Shown piece by piece: positions 9,352 through 18,626 of a DNA stretch of 57,099 nucleotides. Within the stretch, counting starts at the first letter, position 1; each line of letters begins with the position of its first letter. The stretch is from Saprospiraceae bacterium (GTDB lineage Bacteria > Bacteroidota > Bacteroidia > Chitinophagales > Saprospiraceae). Location: the NCBI GenBank assembly GCA_023301005.1, contig JALZVK010000162.1, positions 1-57,099 on the forward strand, read 5' to 3'. The position numbers and the translations under genes are program-made. The notes under the pieces are model-generated. The model was not told the DNA's origin. It ran no database searches and saw only the letters and a list, made by a program, of their open reading frames with translations.

Positions 9352-9894
9352 ATGAGTGAACCTCAGATTGTAAAAGCACATGACTTAAGTTTTGAAATCA
9401 TGCTATCAGAGCAAGAGATTCAAAATAAAGTCAATGAAATAGGTGAACAACTGAAAAAAGATTATAAGAATAAGAGACCTATATTTTTAGGAGTATTAAA
9501 TGGCTCTTACGTTTTTACAGCAGATTTAGCTCGTGCTTATGGAGAAGAGTGTGAAATTTCATTTATCAAATTATCATCTTATTCAGGATTAGAATCTACT
9601 GGCGAAGTATCAACTGTAATTGGTTTAACTACAGAAATAGAAAACCGTCATATTATTGTTGTAGAAGATATTATTGATACAGGTAAAACAATGTTTGAGT
9701 TTTTGCCTACTTTGAAAAAAATGAAACCAGCATCAGTTGCCTTTGCTACATTCTTACTCAAACCTGATGCTATCAAATATGATATTCCTGTAGATTATGT
9801 TGGTTTTAAAATACCTAATAAATTTGTTATTGGTTATGGGTTGGACTATAATGAGTTAGGTAGAAATCTACGAGCAATATATCAACTAAAATAA
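9352..9894 (+). CDS. hpt: Hypoxanthine phosphoribosyltransferase
   Basis: 180 aa with PRPP-binding loop IIVVEDIIDTGKT and a typical Hpt N-terminus (ISEQEIQNKVNEIGEQL). Confidence 0.9.
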   Translation: MSEPQIVKAHDLSFEIMLSEQEIQNKVNEIGEQLKKDYKNKRPIFLGVLNGSYVFTADLARAYGEECEISFIKLSSYSGLESTGEVSTVIGLTTEIENRHIIVVEDIIDTGKTMFEFLPTLKKMKPASVAFATFLLKPDAIKYDIPVDYVGFKIPNKFVIGYGLDYNELGRNLRAIYQLK

Positions 9895-9897
9895 AAT

Positions 9898-10740
9898 ATG
9901 GAAAACTGGATAAACATATTAGGTTATGTTATAGGCGTATATATACTTATATGTCTTGTTTTCTATTTTCTTCAAGATTTCTTTTTTTTCCGTCCCGAAA
10001 TATTACCTCGTCATTTTGCTTATCAATATGCTTTTCCATTTGAAGAAGTCAACTTCGATATGGAAGATGGCGGATTTATTAATGGCATTCATTTTAAAGT
10101 ACCTAACTCCAAAGGAGTTATTTATTATTTCAAGGGAAATTCAAGAAGTGTAAAAGGGTGGGGGAAGTTTGCAAGAGATTTTGTGAGTAAAGGATATGAT
10201 TTCTTTATGGTGGATTATCGAGGTTTTGGAAAAAGTAAAGGTAAACGAACCGAGTCCATATTATATAATGATGGACAACATGTGTATAAATGGTTAACTA
10301 CTCAATATGATGAAGATAAAATAATAATATACGGACGTTCACTTGGAAGTGGAATTGCTACTCGAATTACTTCATGGAATGATCCTAAAATGTTGATTTT
10401 AGATTCTCCTTATTTTAGTTTTTTTCATCAAGTCAAAAGGTATGGATTTTTGCTACCTATTAGATGGATGTTGAAATATCAAATCCGTACGGACCATTTT
10501 ATAAAAAAAGTAACTTGCCCTATATTTTTTATTCATGGAAAGAAAGATCGTTTGATTCCATATAATCATAGTATGGATTTACAAAAAATAGTACCTCATC
10601 AAAGTCATCTATTTCCTATCGAAAAAGCTCATCATAATAATTTGCCAAATTTTTCGGAATATCAAGATGTTCTGTATGATATTTTAAATGATGATGATTT
10701 TTTTGATCGCTACTTAAAGAAAAATTATAAGGCTGAATGA
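9898..10740 (+). CDS. Alpha/beta-fold hydrolase
   Basis: N-terminal TM anchor, nucleophile elbow GRSLGSG, and downstream D and H candidates (GKKDRLIP, KAHHNN). Confidence 0.8.
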   Translation: MENWINILGYVIGVYILICLVFYFLQDFFFFRPEILPRHFAYQYAFPFEEVNFDMEDGGFINGIHFKVPNSKGVIYYFKGNSRSVKGWGKFARDFVSKGYDFFMVDYRGFGKSKGKRTESILYNDGQHVYKWLTTQYDEDKIIIYGRSLGSGIATRITSWNDPKMLILDSPYFSFFHQVKRYGFLLPIRWMLKYQIRTDHFIKKVTCPIFFIHGKKDRLIPYNHSMDLQKIVPHQSHLFPIEKAHHNNLPNFSEYQDVLYDILNDDDFFDRYLKKNYKAE

Positions 10741-10808
10741 AAAATATTTCCAAAGTAGCTTTCATCTATGATAAAAAAGTTATAAATTTGCGTTCGCTTT
10801 TGCGGGAT

Positions 10809-10879
10809 TGACCCATGGTGTAATGGTAACACTACGGTTTTTGGTACCGTCATTCTAGGTTCGAGTCCTAGTGGGTCAA
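10809..10879 (+). tRNA. tRNA-Gln (anticodon UUG)
   Basis: Hand-folded cloverleaf. Acceptor stem TGACCCA/TGGGTCA, U8, D stem GTGT/ACAC, anticodon stem ACGGT/ACCGT with loop TTTTGGT (anticodon TTG), 4-nt variable loop CATT, T arm CTAGG-TTCGAGT-CCTAG. No encoded CCA. Confidence 0.9.
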
Positions 10880-10885
10880 CAAAAA

Positions 10886-10917
10886 AACCTTATAAACTTA
10901 ACGTTTATAAGGTTTTT
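10886..10917 (+). terminator. Rho-independent terminator after tRNA-Gln
   Basis: 12-bp stem AACCTTATAAAC/GTTTATAAGGTT with loop TTAAC, followed by a T-run. Confidence 0.75.
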
Positions 10918-11005
10918 GTCTTTTATACTGTCATGTTTACCGTCAATTCTTAAATTTCATCATATTTCAAGTTGGTATATTTTCTTTCTAACTCAGATTA
11001 GATAT

Positions 11006-11018
11006 TAGACTTGTTACC
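11006..11018 (+). repeat. Solo arm TAGACTTGTTACC (family E)
   Basis: The same 13-mer occurs at 24325 (+) and inverted at 22769-22781 and 24473-24485. Confidence 0.7.
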
Positions 11019-11241
11019 TTTTGAGAAATGTGAAAATTTCTTCCTTGTCTGAATAGATGTTTTTAAAACAATCTCAACGAAATCCACGAAATCACTACAA
11101 ATCCTGTTTATTTAACACATCTTAACAAAATAATTTAACTATTAAACCTTTCTATCATAGAGCTTTTTAGGTATTTTTACACTCTCTTGACAAAGAGCTT
11201 TTACAAAAACCTACTTCTTAAATTAAAACAACTTAAAGGTT

Positions 11242-12411
11242 ATGAAAAATTCAAAAAATCTTATCGTTTTTTTAATGATGCTTTTCTTCTTTTCTTCTTG
11301 TAAGAAAGATGGAATAGAAATCACTTACGAACGATATACACCAGAAGACTATTCAGTATTAACTGAATCGCTTACTCTACCAAATGATTTATTAGATTAC
11401 ACTTTTGTATTTCCTAAATATTATAATTCTCGATCACTTTCTATGGATAGTGATTTAGCGACTTTAGGTCGGGTAATGTTTTATGATAAAAATTTATCAG
11501 ACGATCGTACTATTTCATGTGCATCTTGCCATAAGCAAGAATTAGCTTTTGCTGACGATGCAGCTTTTAGTGATGGAGTGAATAGTAATCAAACAGCTAG
11601 AAATTCACTTGCATTAGGCTCTGTATTTAATTTTGCAGAATACTATGGTGATCCTAATCAAGGTCGAATTCCTTTCTTTTGGGATAATCGTGCTATCTCT
11701 GTACAAGAGCAATCAAGACAAACTTTCGCAAATGTGGATGAGATGAATATGCCTATGGATAAGGTAATAGAAAGAGTAAATGAATATCCTTTTTATTCTA
11801 TTCTTTTTAGAGAAACATTTGGTGATGATGCTGTAACTGAAGATCGAGTATTGGATGCAGTAAGTGAGTTTGTTAATAGTTTGAGTACTTATAACTCAAA
11901 GTATGATAAAGCTTTGGATCAACACTTCGAAGTTAACAATTCTATTTTTAATATTGAAGGAACAACTCTTCAAGGTCTTACGGCTCAGGAGAATATAGGG
12001 AAGAATCTTTACCTTACTAATTGTGGAAATTGTCATGGTAGAATTAATGGATTCCCGGGTGAGGTTGCTGCCAACAATGGTTTGGATATGACTTATGATG
12101 ATAGAGGTATTGGATCTTTTACAAATAATAGTTTCGAAGATGGATTATTCAAAGTACCTACGCTTCGTAACATTGCTCTTACAGGACCATTTATGCATGA
12201 TGGTCGATTCGAGACATTAGAAGAAGTAGTTGAGCATTATAGTAGTGGAATTCAAAATCACAACAATTTAAGTAACGAATTAAAATCTGGAGGTCAAGCA
12301 AAGAATATGAATTTTACTGCTGATGAAAAGGCTAGCTTAATAGCATTCTTAAATACATTTACTGACACGGATATGATAACTGACGAGAGATATGCAGATC
12401 CATTTAATTAA
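11242..12411 (+). CDS. Di-haem cytochrome c peroxidase (CCP/MauG family) lipoprotein
   Basis: Lipoprotein signal (..FFFSSC) and two haem-c motifs, CASCH and CGNCH, in typical CCP context (FKVPTLRNIALTGPFMHDG). Confidence 0.85.
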   Translation: MKNSKNLIVFLMMLFFFSSCKKDGIEITYERYTPEDYSVLTESLTLPNDLLDYTFVFPKYYNSRSLSMDSDLATLGRVMFYDKNLSDDRTISCASCHKQELAFADDAAFSDGVNSNQTARNSLALGSVFNFAEYYGDPNQGRIPFFWDNRAISVQEQSRQTFANVDEMNMPMDKVIERVNEYPFYSILFRETFGDDAVTEDRVLDAVSEFVNSLSTYNSKYDKALDQHFEVNNSIFNIEGTTLQGLTAQENIGKNLYLTNCGNCHGRINGFPGEVAANNGLDMTYDDRGIGSFTNNSFEDGLFKVPTLRNIALTGPFMHDGRFETLEEVVEHYSSGIQNHNNLSNELKSGGQAKNMNFTADEKASLIAFLNTFTDTDMITDERYADPFN

Positions 12412-13258
12412 TCAGAATCATGTGATTGGTTTGTTTTTGTTTCTTGCAATATTGATTCTTTCATCATGTGGAGGTGCTAGTCATCATTTTTATGCTACTG
12501 ACGAAGGAAATCTTTTAGCTCTAAAAGAAGAGAAAGATTTAAAAGTATCAGCAGGCTATATGCCTCATTTGAATAGTTTACCAGGAAATAATTTAAATGT
12601 TCAAGCGGCCTACAGCCCAATAAAACATTTAGGTATCTACACTAATTATTTCCGAATTCGAAATGCTTTTGATGGCGATGAAGAAATACAGCAAAATGTA
12701 TATCAATATCATTTTGGAGCAGCTATTGGAGGTTATATTTATAAACAACCTGAAGCAGAAACAGAAGTAGCAGATGAAGATAAATTAATCGAACAGTACA
12801 CCTATCCTAAAGGGAAAGGTTTACTGTTCGATGCATATCTTGGATATAATCAAGGAAGGAATAAGAATTACTTTTTTGAGGAAACAGGTACTATTGATAT
12901 ACCTTTTCAGAAATTTTATCTACAAGGAGGCGCGCATATTTTCATGGATAGAATAAATGCAAGTTTTGCATTAAAGTATTCCAGACTTAATTTTTTAGAT
13001 GGAGAAGCTTTTGGTAAATTGACTAATTTACAATTAAAAAAGGTTGAAGTTGTAGAGAAACAAAATCCATTTGACTTTTTAGAATCATCTTTAAAAGTAG
13101 CTTATGGAAAAGCTGAAAATCCATTTCAAGCTTATATAACTATTGCAGGTATTTATGATTTTGGAGATGCCTTTTTAGAAATCCAACCAAGTACAATGCA
13201 AGTAGGAATTACCGCAGATATTGACCATTTTTTCGGAAAGAAGAAAAAGAAAAAATAG
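12392..13258 (+). CDS. Hypothetical lipoprotein (beta-rich, poly-Lys tail)
   Basis: Lipobox LILSSCGG. The ORF overlaps the CCP stop by 20 nt, with an alternative GTG start at 12422. It ends in KKKKKK. Confidence 0.55.
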   Translation: MQIHLINQNHVIGLFLFLAILILSSCGGASHHFYATDEGNLLALKEEKDLKVSAGYMPHLNSLPGNNLNVQAAYSPIKHLGIYTNYFRIRNAFDGDEEIQQNVYQYHFGAAIGGYIYKQPEAETEVADEDKLIEQYTYPKGKGLLFDAYLGYNQGRNKNYFFEETGTIDIPFQKFYLQGGAHIFMDRINASFALKYSRLNFLDGEAFGKLTNLQLKKVEVVEKQNPFDFLESSLKVAYGKAENPFQAYITIAGIYDFGDAFLEIQPSTMQVGITADIDHFFGKKKKKK

Positions 13259-13277
13259 ATCAAGATTAGAATAAAAT

Positions 13278-13316
13278 AAAAAAAGGATTTGTGAACATTC
13301 ACAAATCCTTTTTTTA
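13278..13316. terminator. Bidirectional terminator between convergent genes
   Basis: AAAAAAAGGATTTGTGAACATTCACAAATCCTTTTTTT is a palindromic stem flanked by A- and T-runs. Confidence 0.7.
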
Positions 13317-13335
13317 TTTACACTTTAAGAAAAAA

Positions 13336-13833
13336 TTACTTTATAGTAATTGCTTTGATTTTATCTTCCAATTCATATTCATCTCCTGAAACATAACCAG
13401 TATGAGAATATACGATGTTTCCTTCTTGGTCAAGAAGAAATGTTTGAGGGACAGATTGGAAATTTAAAGCTCGTTGCAAATCTTGATTGGCATCAGATAA
13501 AATGATATAATCCCAATTTTTACTTTTAACCATTCCTGGTACTTTTGATAACGCTCTAGCATTGTCAACAGTTACCGCTACTAATTCCAAGTCATAATCC
13601 TTCTGCCACTCAGGATAGAGATCAGCAATAGCATCTAATTCTTTTTTACAAGGAGCACACCAAGTTGCCCAAAAACTAATAACTGTGATTTTACCATTCT
13701 TAGCAAAGTCTTGGATATTTACAGTTTTACCTTTAAGGTCTTTGACATTTACACTAGGTAAATTTTGTTGAGCCAAAAGAGAAGTTGAAAGACAAACCGC
13801 AACAACAAGGGATAAAATTTTGAATAACTTCAT
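13336..13833 (-). CDS. TlpA-like thiol:disulfide oxidoreductase (thioredoxin fold)
   Basis: Signal peptide plus FWATWCAPCKKE active-site motif. Confidence 0.85.
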   Translation of the reverse strand: MKLFKILSLVVAVCLSTSLLAQQNLPSVNVKDLKGKTVNIQDFAKNGKITVISFWATWCAPCKKELDAIADLYPEWQKDYDLELVAVTVDNARALSKVPGMVKSKNWDYIILSDANQDLQRALNFQSVPQTFLLDQEGNIVYSHTGYVSGDEYELEDKIKAITIK

Positions 13834-13992
13834 TTTAATTTAATTATTTTTGAATGTTAATTTTCTAAATATAACATCTTAGTTCAAGATAGTTCAAACT
13901 TAAAAACGGCTCAATTTATTATATTTTTTTTGACTCTGCCAATCTAATCTTTAGTTTAACTAGGATTTAACGTCTAACGGGCATAACATTTA

Positions 13993-14037
13993 GTAATGCG
14001 AACTAAATGGATTCAGAATTTATTTAATTCGCATTCC
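13993..14037. repeat. Palindromic element F, short form
   Basis: GTAATGCGAACTAAATGGATTC / GAATTTATTTAATTCGCATTCC is a compact version of the arms at 20100-20225. It ends 45 nt before the ATG at 14082. Confidence 0.7.
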
Positions 14038-14081
14038 CTAGAAAAAATTCCTTTGACCATTACTAAATAAACAATTAAAAG

Positions 14082-15764
14082 ATGATGCTACTAATTAAAC
14101 AAAGCGGACTATTTATAGTATTCCTCACAATGATTTATTCTATAGGTTTTTCCCAAAATAATAATCAAGGTTCTTTTTCTGGTAGCTTAGAGTCAAGTGG
14201 AAACTTCTTTATAGAAGATTCAACTATTCAAGCCACAGGTACTCCTCAATATGATCATCAATTATTCGGTGCAGAGACTTGGTTGGATTTGAAGTATAGT
14301 AATTTCGGATTTGACTTAGGAGTTCGATTCGATCTTTTTAATAATTCTAACTTATTGAATCCTCAAGATAGTTATACCGCTCAAGGTATTGGTCGATGGT
14401 ATATTAGAAAGCAAGTCAATAAATTAGGTATCGACGCAGGTTATATATATGATCAAATAGGAAGTGGAATTATATTCAGAGCATTTGAACAAAGACCTCT
14501 TTTAATTGACAATGCTTTGGTAGGAATTAAGTTGACTTATGATCTGACGCCTGATTGGAAAGTTAAAGCATTTACAGGTCGTCAAAAGAATTTATTTGAC
14601 CTTTACGATTCTGTAGTAAAGGGAATAAGTGTTGATGGATTTGTAGTAGGTGATTCTTCTAAGTGGACTATAGCTCCAGGTTTTGGTGCAGTAAGTCGAA
14701 CGATTGATGATGAAACTATGGGACGACTGCTGACCTCATTAAGCTTTTATCAAGATCCTTATCGAGTAGGTACGAGATTTAATTCTTATGCTATTTCAGT
14801 TTATAATACATTGTCCATTGGAAATTTCACATGGTATGTAGAAGGTGCATATAAAACAGAAGAGTCATTTTTTGATCCACTTTTTAAATGGACAAATGCT
14901 GTTGGACAAGAAACAATTGGAAAATTTGATTTTCAAGATGGAAATATAATTTATACTTCAATTGGTTACGCAGCAAAAGGTCTAGGAATTTCTTTAGAAG
15001 GAAAAAGAACAGAGAATTTTTCTTTTCGTATTAATCCTTTTGAAAATGAAAACAGAGGAGCAATTAATTTTCTCCCTCCAATGACTCGAGTAAATACTTA
15101 TCGCCTAAATTCTAGATACTCACCTGCTACTCAAGAATTGGGTGAACAAGCAGTTCAGTTAGATATTCGATATTCTCCAAGTCGTAAGTTGGGATTCTTA
15201 GTCAATTTTTCAAATATCACAACATTGAATAATGATCTATTGTATAGAGAAATATATACTGAAGTAACTTATAAGTATAAGAGGAAATGGCAATTGATAA
15301 GCGGTATCCAATGGCAAAATTATAATCAAGATATCTATGAAGGGAAACCAGGTGTAGATATTTTGGAAACGATAACACCTTATGTCGAATATTTATATAA
15401 ACTTTCTCGTAAAAAATCTATTAGATTTGAAGGACAATATATGTTGACCGCTCCAGGTATTTCAGGTTATAAAAATAGAGACTTAGGAGATTGGATATTT
15501 GGTCAGATAGAAGTGGGAATTGCACCACATTGGATTTTTACAATTTCTGATATGTATAATATCGATCCATATTCAGATAGCAAAGATGATGAAAATATAG
15601 AACCAATTCATTATCCAACTTTAGGAGTGGTGTACACACATCATTCTAATCGGTTCGAATTAAGATATGTTAAACAAGTAGAAGGTATAGTTTGTGCAGG
15701 AGGAATATGTCGATTGGAGCCAGCTTTTAGTGGAGTAAGAATGTCTGTAAGATCTACATTTTAA
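14082..15764 (+). CDS. Predicted outer-membrane beta-barrel protein (possibly DUF6029 family)
   Basis: 560 aa with a signal peptide, long alternating beta-strand pattern and C-terminal aromatic residue (..VRSTF). It sits between TlpA-like and Omp28-like genes. Confidence 0.6.
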   Translation: MMLLIKQSGLFIVFLTMIYSIGFSQNNNQGSFSGSLESSGNFFIEDSTIQATGTPQYDHQLFGAETWLDLKYSNFGFDLGVRFDLFNNSNLLNPQDSYTAQGIGRWYIRKQVNKLGIDAGYIYDQIGSGIIFRAFEQRPLLIDNALVGIKLTYDLTPDWKVKAFTGRQKNLFDLYDSVVKGISVDGFVVGDSSKWTIAPGFGAVSRTIDDETMGRLLTSLSFYQDPYRVGTRFNSYAISVYNTLSIGNFTWYVEGAYKTEESFFDPLFKWTNAVGQETIGKFDFQDGNIIYTSIGYAAKGLGISLEGKRTENFSFRINPFENENRGAINFLPPMTRVNTYRLNSRYSPATQELGEQAVQLDIRYSPSRKLGFLVNFSNITTLNNDLLYREIYTEVTYKYKRKWQLISGIQWQNYNQDIYEGKPGVDILETITPYVEYLYKLSRKKSIRFEGQYMLTAPGISGYKNRDLGDWIFGQIEVGIAPHWIFTISDMYNIDPYSDSKDDENIEPIHYPTLGVVYTHHSNRFELRYVKQVEGIVCAGGICRLEPAFSGVRMSVRSTF

Positions 15765-15773
15765 TATCAAGAT

Positions 15774-15790
15774 ATTTAGTTCGCATTCCT
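15774..15790 (+). repeat. Solo arm of family F (ATTTAGTTCGCATTCCT)
   Basis: Contains TTCGCATTCC (15780-15789), 43 nt upstream of the ATG at 15832. Confidence 0.65.
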
Positions 15791-15831
15791 AAATGATTTT
15801 TAAAATTTGCCAAAGGCTAAAAATATTTAAA

Positions 15832-16650
15832 ATGAAAAAGCTTTTCTTTTTTTTTGTAAGTGTATTGTTATTTTCATGTAATGAAAATAGACCTATCGTT
15901 CCAGAACCACCAACAGGAGGAGGAGAACGAAAAGTTTTAGTTGAAGAATTTACAGGAGTTCGCTGCTCAGGTTGTCCAGCAGGAAGTGCAGAGTTGGAAA
16001 ATTTACTTGGAGTTTATGGCGAAAATTTAGTTGTTGTCTCTATGCACACTTTAGATTTTGGATCGCCTTATTCTGAAAGCCAACATGATTTTAGAACTGA
16101 TGAAGGTGAGGAATTGGTCAATTATTTAGGAAACCCATTTGCCTATCCAAGTGCAGTAGTTAATAGAAAAGATTTTGATGGAGGTACTTATAGACTTCAA
16201 TTTGGGAAAGCATTGTGGGGCGGATATATCGAACAGGAATTACAAGAAGAACCAAAAATATCAATTAATATCGAAAAGACTTATGATCCTATTTCGCGTG
16301 ATTTAGAAGTACGAGTATCAGGTGTTGTTGCTGAAGAAGATTTAGTGGGTGAAGCTAGATTGACAATTATGATTGCAGAGTCTGACATCGTTGATGCTCA
16401 ATTAAAAGAAGGAGAAGGATTAGTTTTAGATTATAATCATAGGCATGTATTAAGAACTGTACTAACTAATACGAAAGGAGATCCAATTGGTACAAATATG
16501 AATTCAGGACGTAATTATGATGTTACGCAAATCATGAATTTAACTGATGGCTGGAAGTCTGAGAAATCTAAAGTGATTGCTTTTGTAAATTTAATTGACG
16601 GAGAAAATAAGGAAATATTACAAGCAGAATCTTCAAATGTAGAAGATTGA
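15832..16650 (+). CDS. Omp28-related / thioredoxin-like outer-membrane lipoprotein
   Basis: Lipoprotein signal MKKLFFFFVSVLLFSC, then VLVEEFTGVRCSGCPAG (CxxC). The ATG at 15832 is preferred over the upstream ATG at 15793. Confidence 0.7.
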   Translation: MKKLFFFFVSVLLFSCNENRPIVPEPPTGGGERKVLVEEFTGVRCSGCPAGSAELENLLGVYGENLVVVSMHTLDFGSPYSESQHDFRTDEGEELVNYLGNPFAYPSAVVNRKDFDGGTYRLQFGKALWGGYIEQELQEEPKISINIEKTYDPISRDLEVRVSGVVAEEDLVGEARLTIMIAESDIVDAQLKEGEGLVLDYNHRHVLRTVLTNTKGDPIGTNMNSGRNYDVTQIMNLTDGWKSEKSKVIAFVNLIDGENKEILQAESSNVED

Positions 16651-16690
16651 TTTCAAATTTTCTTCAATCATTTATTTCAGAAATAAAAAA

Positions 16691-16716
16691 AGAGAAATGG
16701 ATTAATCCATTTCTCT
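16691..16716. terminator. Bidirectional terminator between convergent genes
   Basis: AGAGAAATGGATTAATCCATTTCTCT is flanked by A-runs and T-runs. Confidence 0.7.
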
Positions 16717-16745
16717 TTTTTTTATTTTTTAAATTCGAAACAAGT

Positions 16746-18608
16746 TTATATCTCATTTCCTTCTAAAGCAAAAACACCATCTTTGATGTGAATTGTTTTT
16801 AATTCAGTAACTCGGTTATCAATATCTACTGAACCATTTTCCAATCTCAATACACCACGAGGACAAACTGCTGCACAAATTCCACAACCTACACAAGATG
16901 CTCGCACTACATTTTGACCACGTTGAGCATAAGCTCTTACATCAATTCCCATTTCGCAGTAAGTAGAACAATTTCCACAACTGATACATTGACCTCCATT
17001 AGTTGTAATTCTAAATCGAGATTTGTATTTCTGAACTAATCCCATCAATCCAGCAAGTGGACATCCGAATCTACACCAAACTCTATTTCCCATCAAAGGA
17101 TAAAAACCAGTTCCTACAATTCCAGAAAACATAGAGCCTATAAAAAAGCCATACCATGAACGAACATTTGTGGAATCAAGAAAAAGGATACTTTGACTAC
17201 CAGTCATATAAGTATAAATAACCATCGCTGTCATGATGACTGCAAAAGCTAAAACACCATGAATGATATATCGCTCATATTTCCATGCAGTCAAACTTTT
17301 ATCTGAAAGTTGTCGGTAAGGATCTCCTAATGTTTCTGCTAAACCACCGCAACCACATACCCATGAGCAGTACCATCTTTTTCCAAAGTAATAAGTGAAA
17401 AATGGTACAACAAATAAAGTCAATACAATTCCCCACATAAACATCATCGTACCTACACTAGTCGCCCAACCTGCTATTGCAAATTCAGAACCTTGCCCAA
17501 CCATACCATCTATATTATAATCGAAGAAATAATCATAATCGAGTGGCCAAGCATTTTTGAAATCCATGTAAGGTTGATTCAATTTCAATAAAAATTCTGG
17601 AATCAAAAATGCGAATGCAGTTTGGAAAAACATCACAGAACCTGTACGTACTAATTGGTAACGATTGTGACGATATTTTATAAACATTCTGATACCCATA
17701 ACAATCATTATGAGTGTATAGAGAAATCCATAAAGGAACCAACGACCAGCAGCATTGCCACTTAATGACTTGCTAATTGGGTCAAGCATCAATGTCCAAT
17801 TGGTAATATATTCTGGGAAGAAATAAAGAGCTACATAGAAACCAATTAAGAAAGTTCCAACTGTAATTCCTATCCATCCTAAACCTTTATCAGAAGTAAC
17901 TGATCTTGATTTGGCAAACGAAACTTGGTTTTCTTTATTCGTTTTATAATTTAAAAATATAATGATTACCGCTGCAACCATACATAAAGTGGCTATCAAA
18001 ACATATTTATAAAATCCCATTAAAATAGTAGCAAGAATTGCTGCGCCAAGAAATATCGATTTACTTTGTAAGTTGATTCCTCTAGTGGCAGGACTATGAT
18101 AAATATTATTATTTTTTATACCTGGCACTAAATTTAAATCAGGTAATAAATACATTAGCATACCTAATGCTCCCAAGATGATACTTAGCAAAAAGAATAA
18201 ACCTACACGATTAGGAAAGAATCCTGTACCTGAGTATTTAGTCAATGTGAAAAGATAATCTTTTACATTATGATCACCCATTCGAAAGCTCCATTCGTCA
18301 ACACCTTCAGGTAGAGTAGTTGCATTCCAAATACCTTTGGATTGATCGATTCCTGCAGCCTTGTCTAAACCATCTTTTGCATTATTAAGTATTGGTGTTA
18401 TAGCATTGATAAATGCTACATTACTTCCATATTCTTTTCCTAAAATATCGCCAGCTTGAGATTTTATCATCTCACGATGATATTCATTGGAAATATTTTC
18501 GGTTAACACAGCATCAGTAAGTGCATGATTACTAAGTGTCAATGAAGCGATAAATACAACGAAAGAAAAGATGAAAAGAGCGAGTCCTATATTTTTGATT
18601 AATTTCAT
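16746..18608 (-). CDS. Membrane polyferredoxin (NapH/CcoG-like 4Fe-4S binding protein)
   Basis: 620 aa with many TM helices, CSWVCGCGG and CRFGCP (CX3CP) motifs, and C-terminal 2x[4Fe-4S] ferredoxin motifs CISCGNCSTYC and CVGCGICAAVCP. Confidence 0.8.
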   Translation of the reverse strand: MKLIKNIGLALFIFSFVVFIASLTLSNHALTDAVLTENISNEYHREMIKSQAGDILGKEYGSNVAFINAITPILNNAKDGLDKAAGIDQSKGIWNATTLPEGVDEWSFRMGDHNVKDYLFTLTKYSGTGFFPNRVGLFFLLSIILGALGMLMYLLPDLNLVPGIKNNNIYHSPATRGINLQSKSIFLGAAILATILMGFYKYVLIATLCMVAAVIIIFLNYKTNKENQVSFAKSRSVTSDKGLGWIGITVGTFLIGFYVALYFFPEYITNWTLMLDPISKSLSGNAAGRWFLYGFLYTLIMIVMGIRMFIKYRHNRYQLVRTGSVMFFQTAFAFLIPEFLLKLNQPYMDFKNAWPLDYDYFFDYNIDGMVGQGSEFAIAGWATSVGTMMFMWGIVLTLFVVPFFTYYFGKRWYCSWVCGCGGLAETLGDPYRQLSDKSLTAWKYERYIIHGVLAFAVIMTAMVIYTYMTGSQSILFLDSTNVRSWYGFFIGSMFSGIVGTGFYPLMGNRVWCRFGCPLAGLMGLVQKYKSRFRITTNGGQCISCGNCSTYCEMGIDVRAYAQRGQNVVRASCVGCGICAAVCPRGVLRLENGSVDIDNRVTELKTIHIKDGVFALEGNEI

Positions 18609-18626
18609 TTTTAGATTATGGTTTAA

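Noticed and set aside
10783-10790. TAAATTTG upstream of tRNA-Gln as a Bacteroidota -7 promoter box (TAnnTTTG)
   Set aside because: The motif matches the consensus and the spacing is plausible. However, such 8-mers are frequent in this AT-rich DNA and I found no matching -33 TTG, so it is not reported as a feature.
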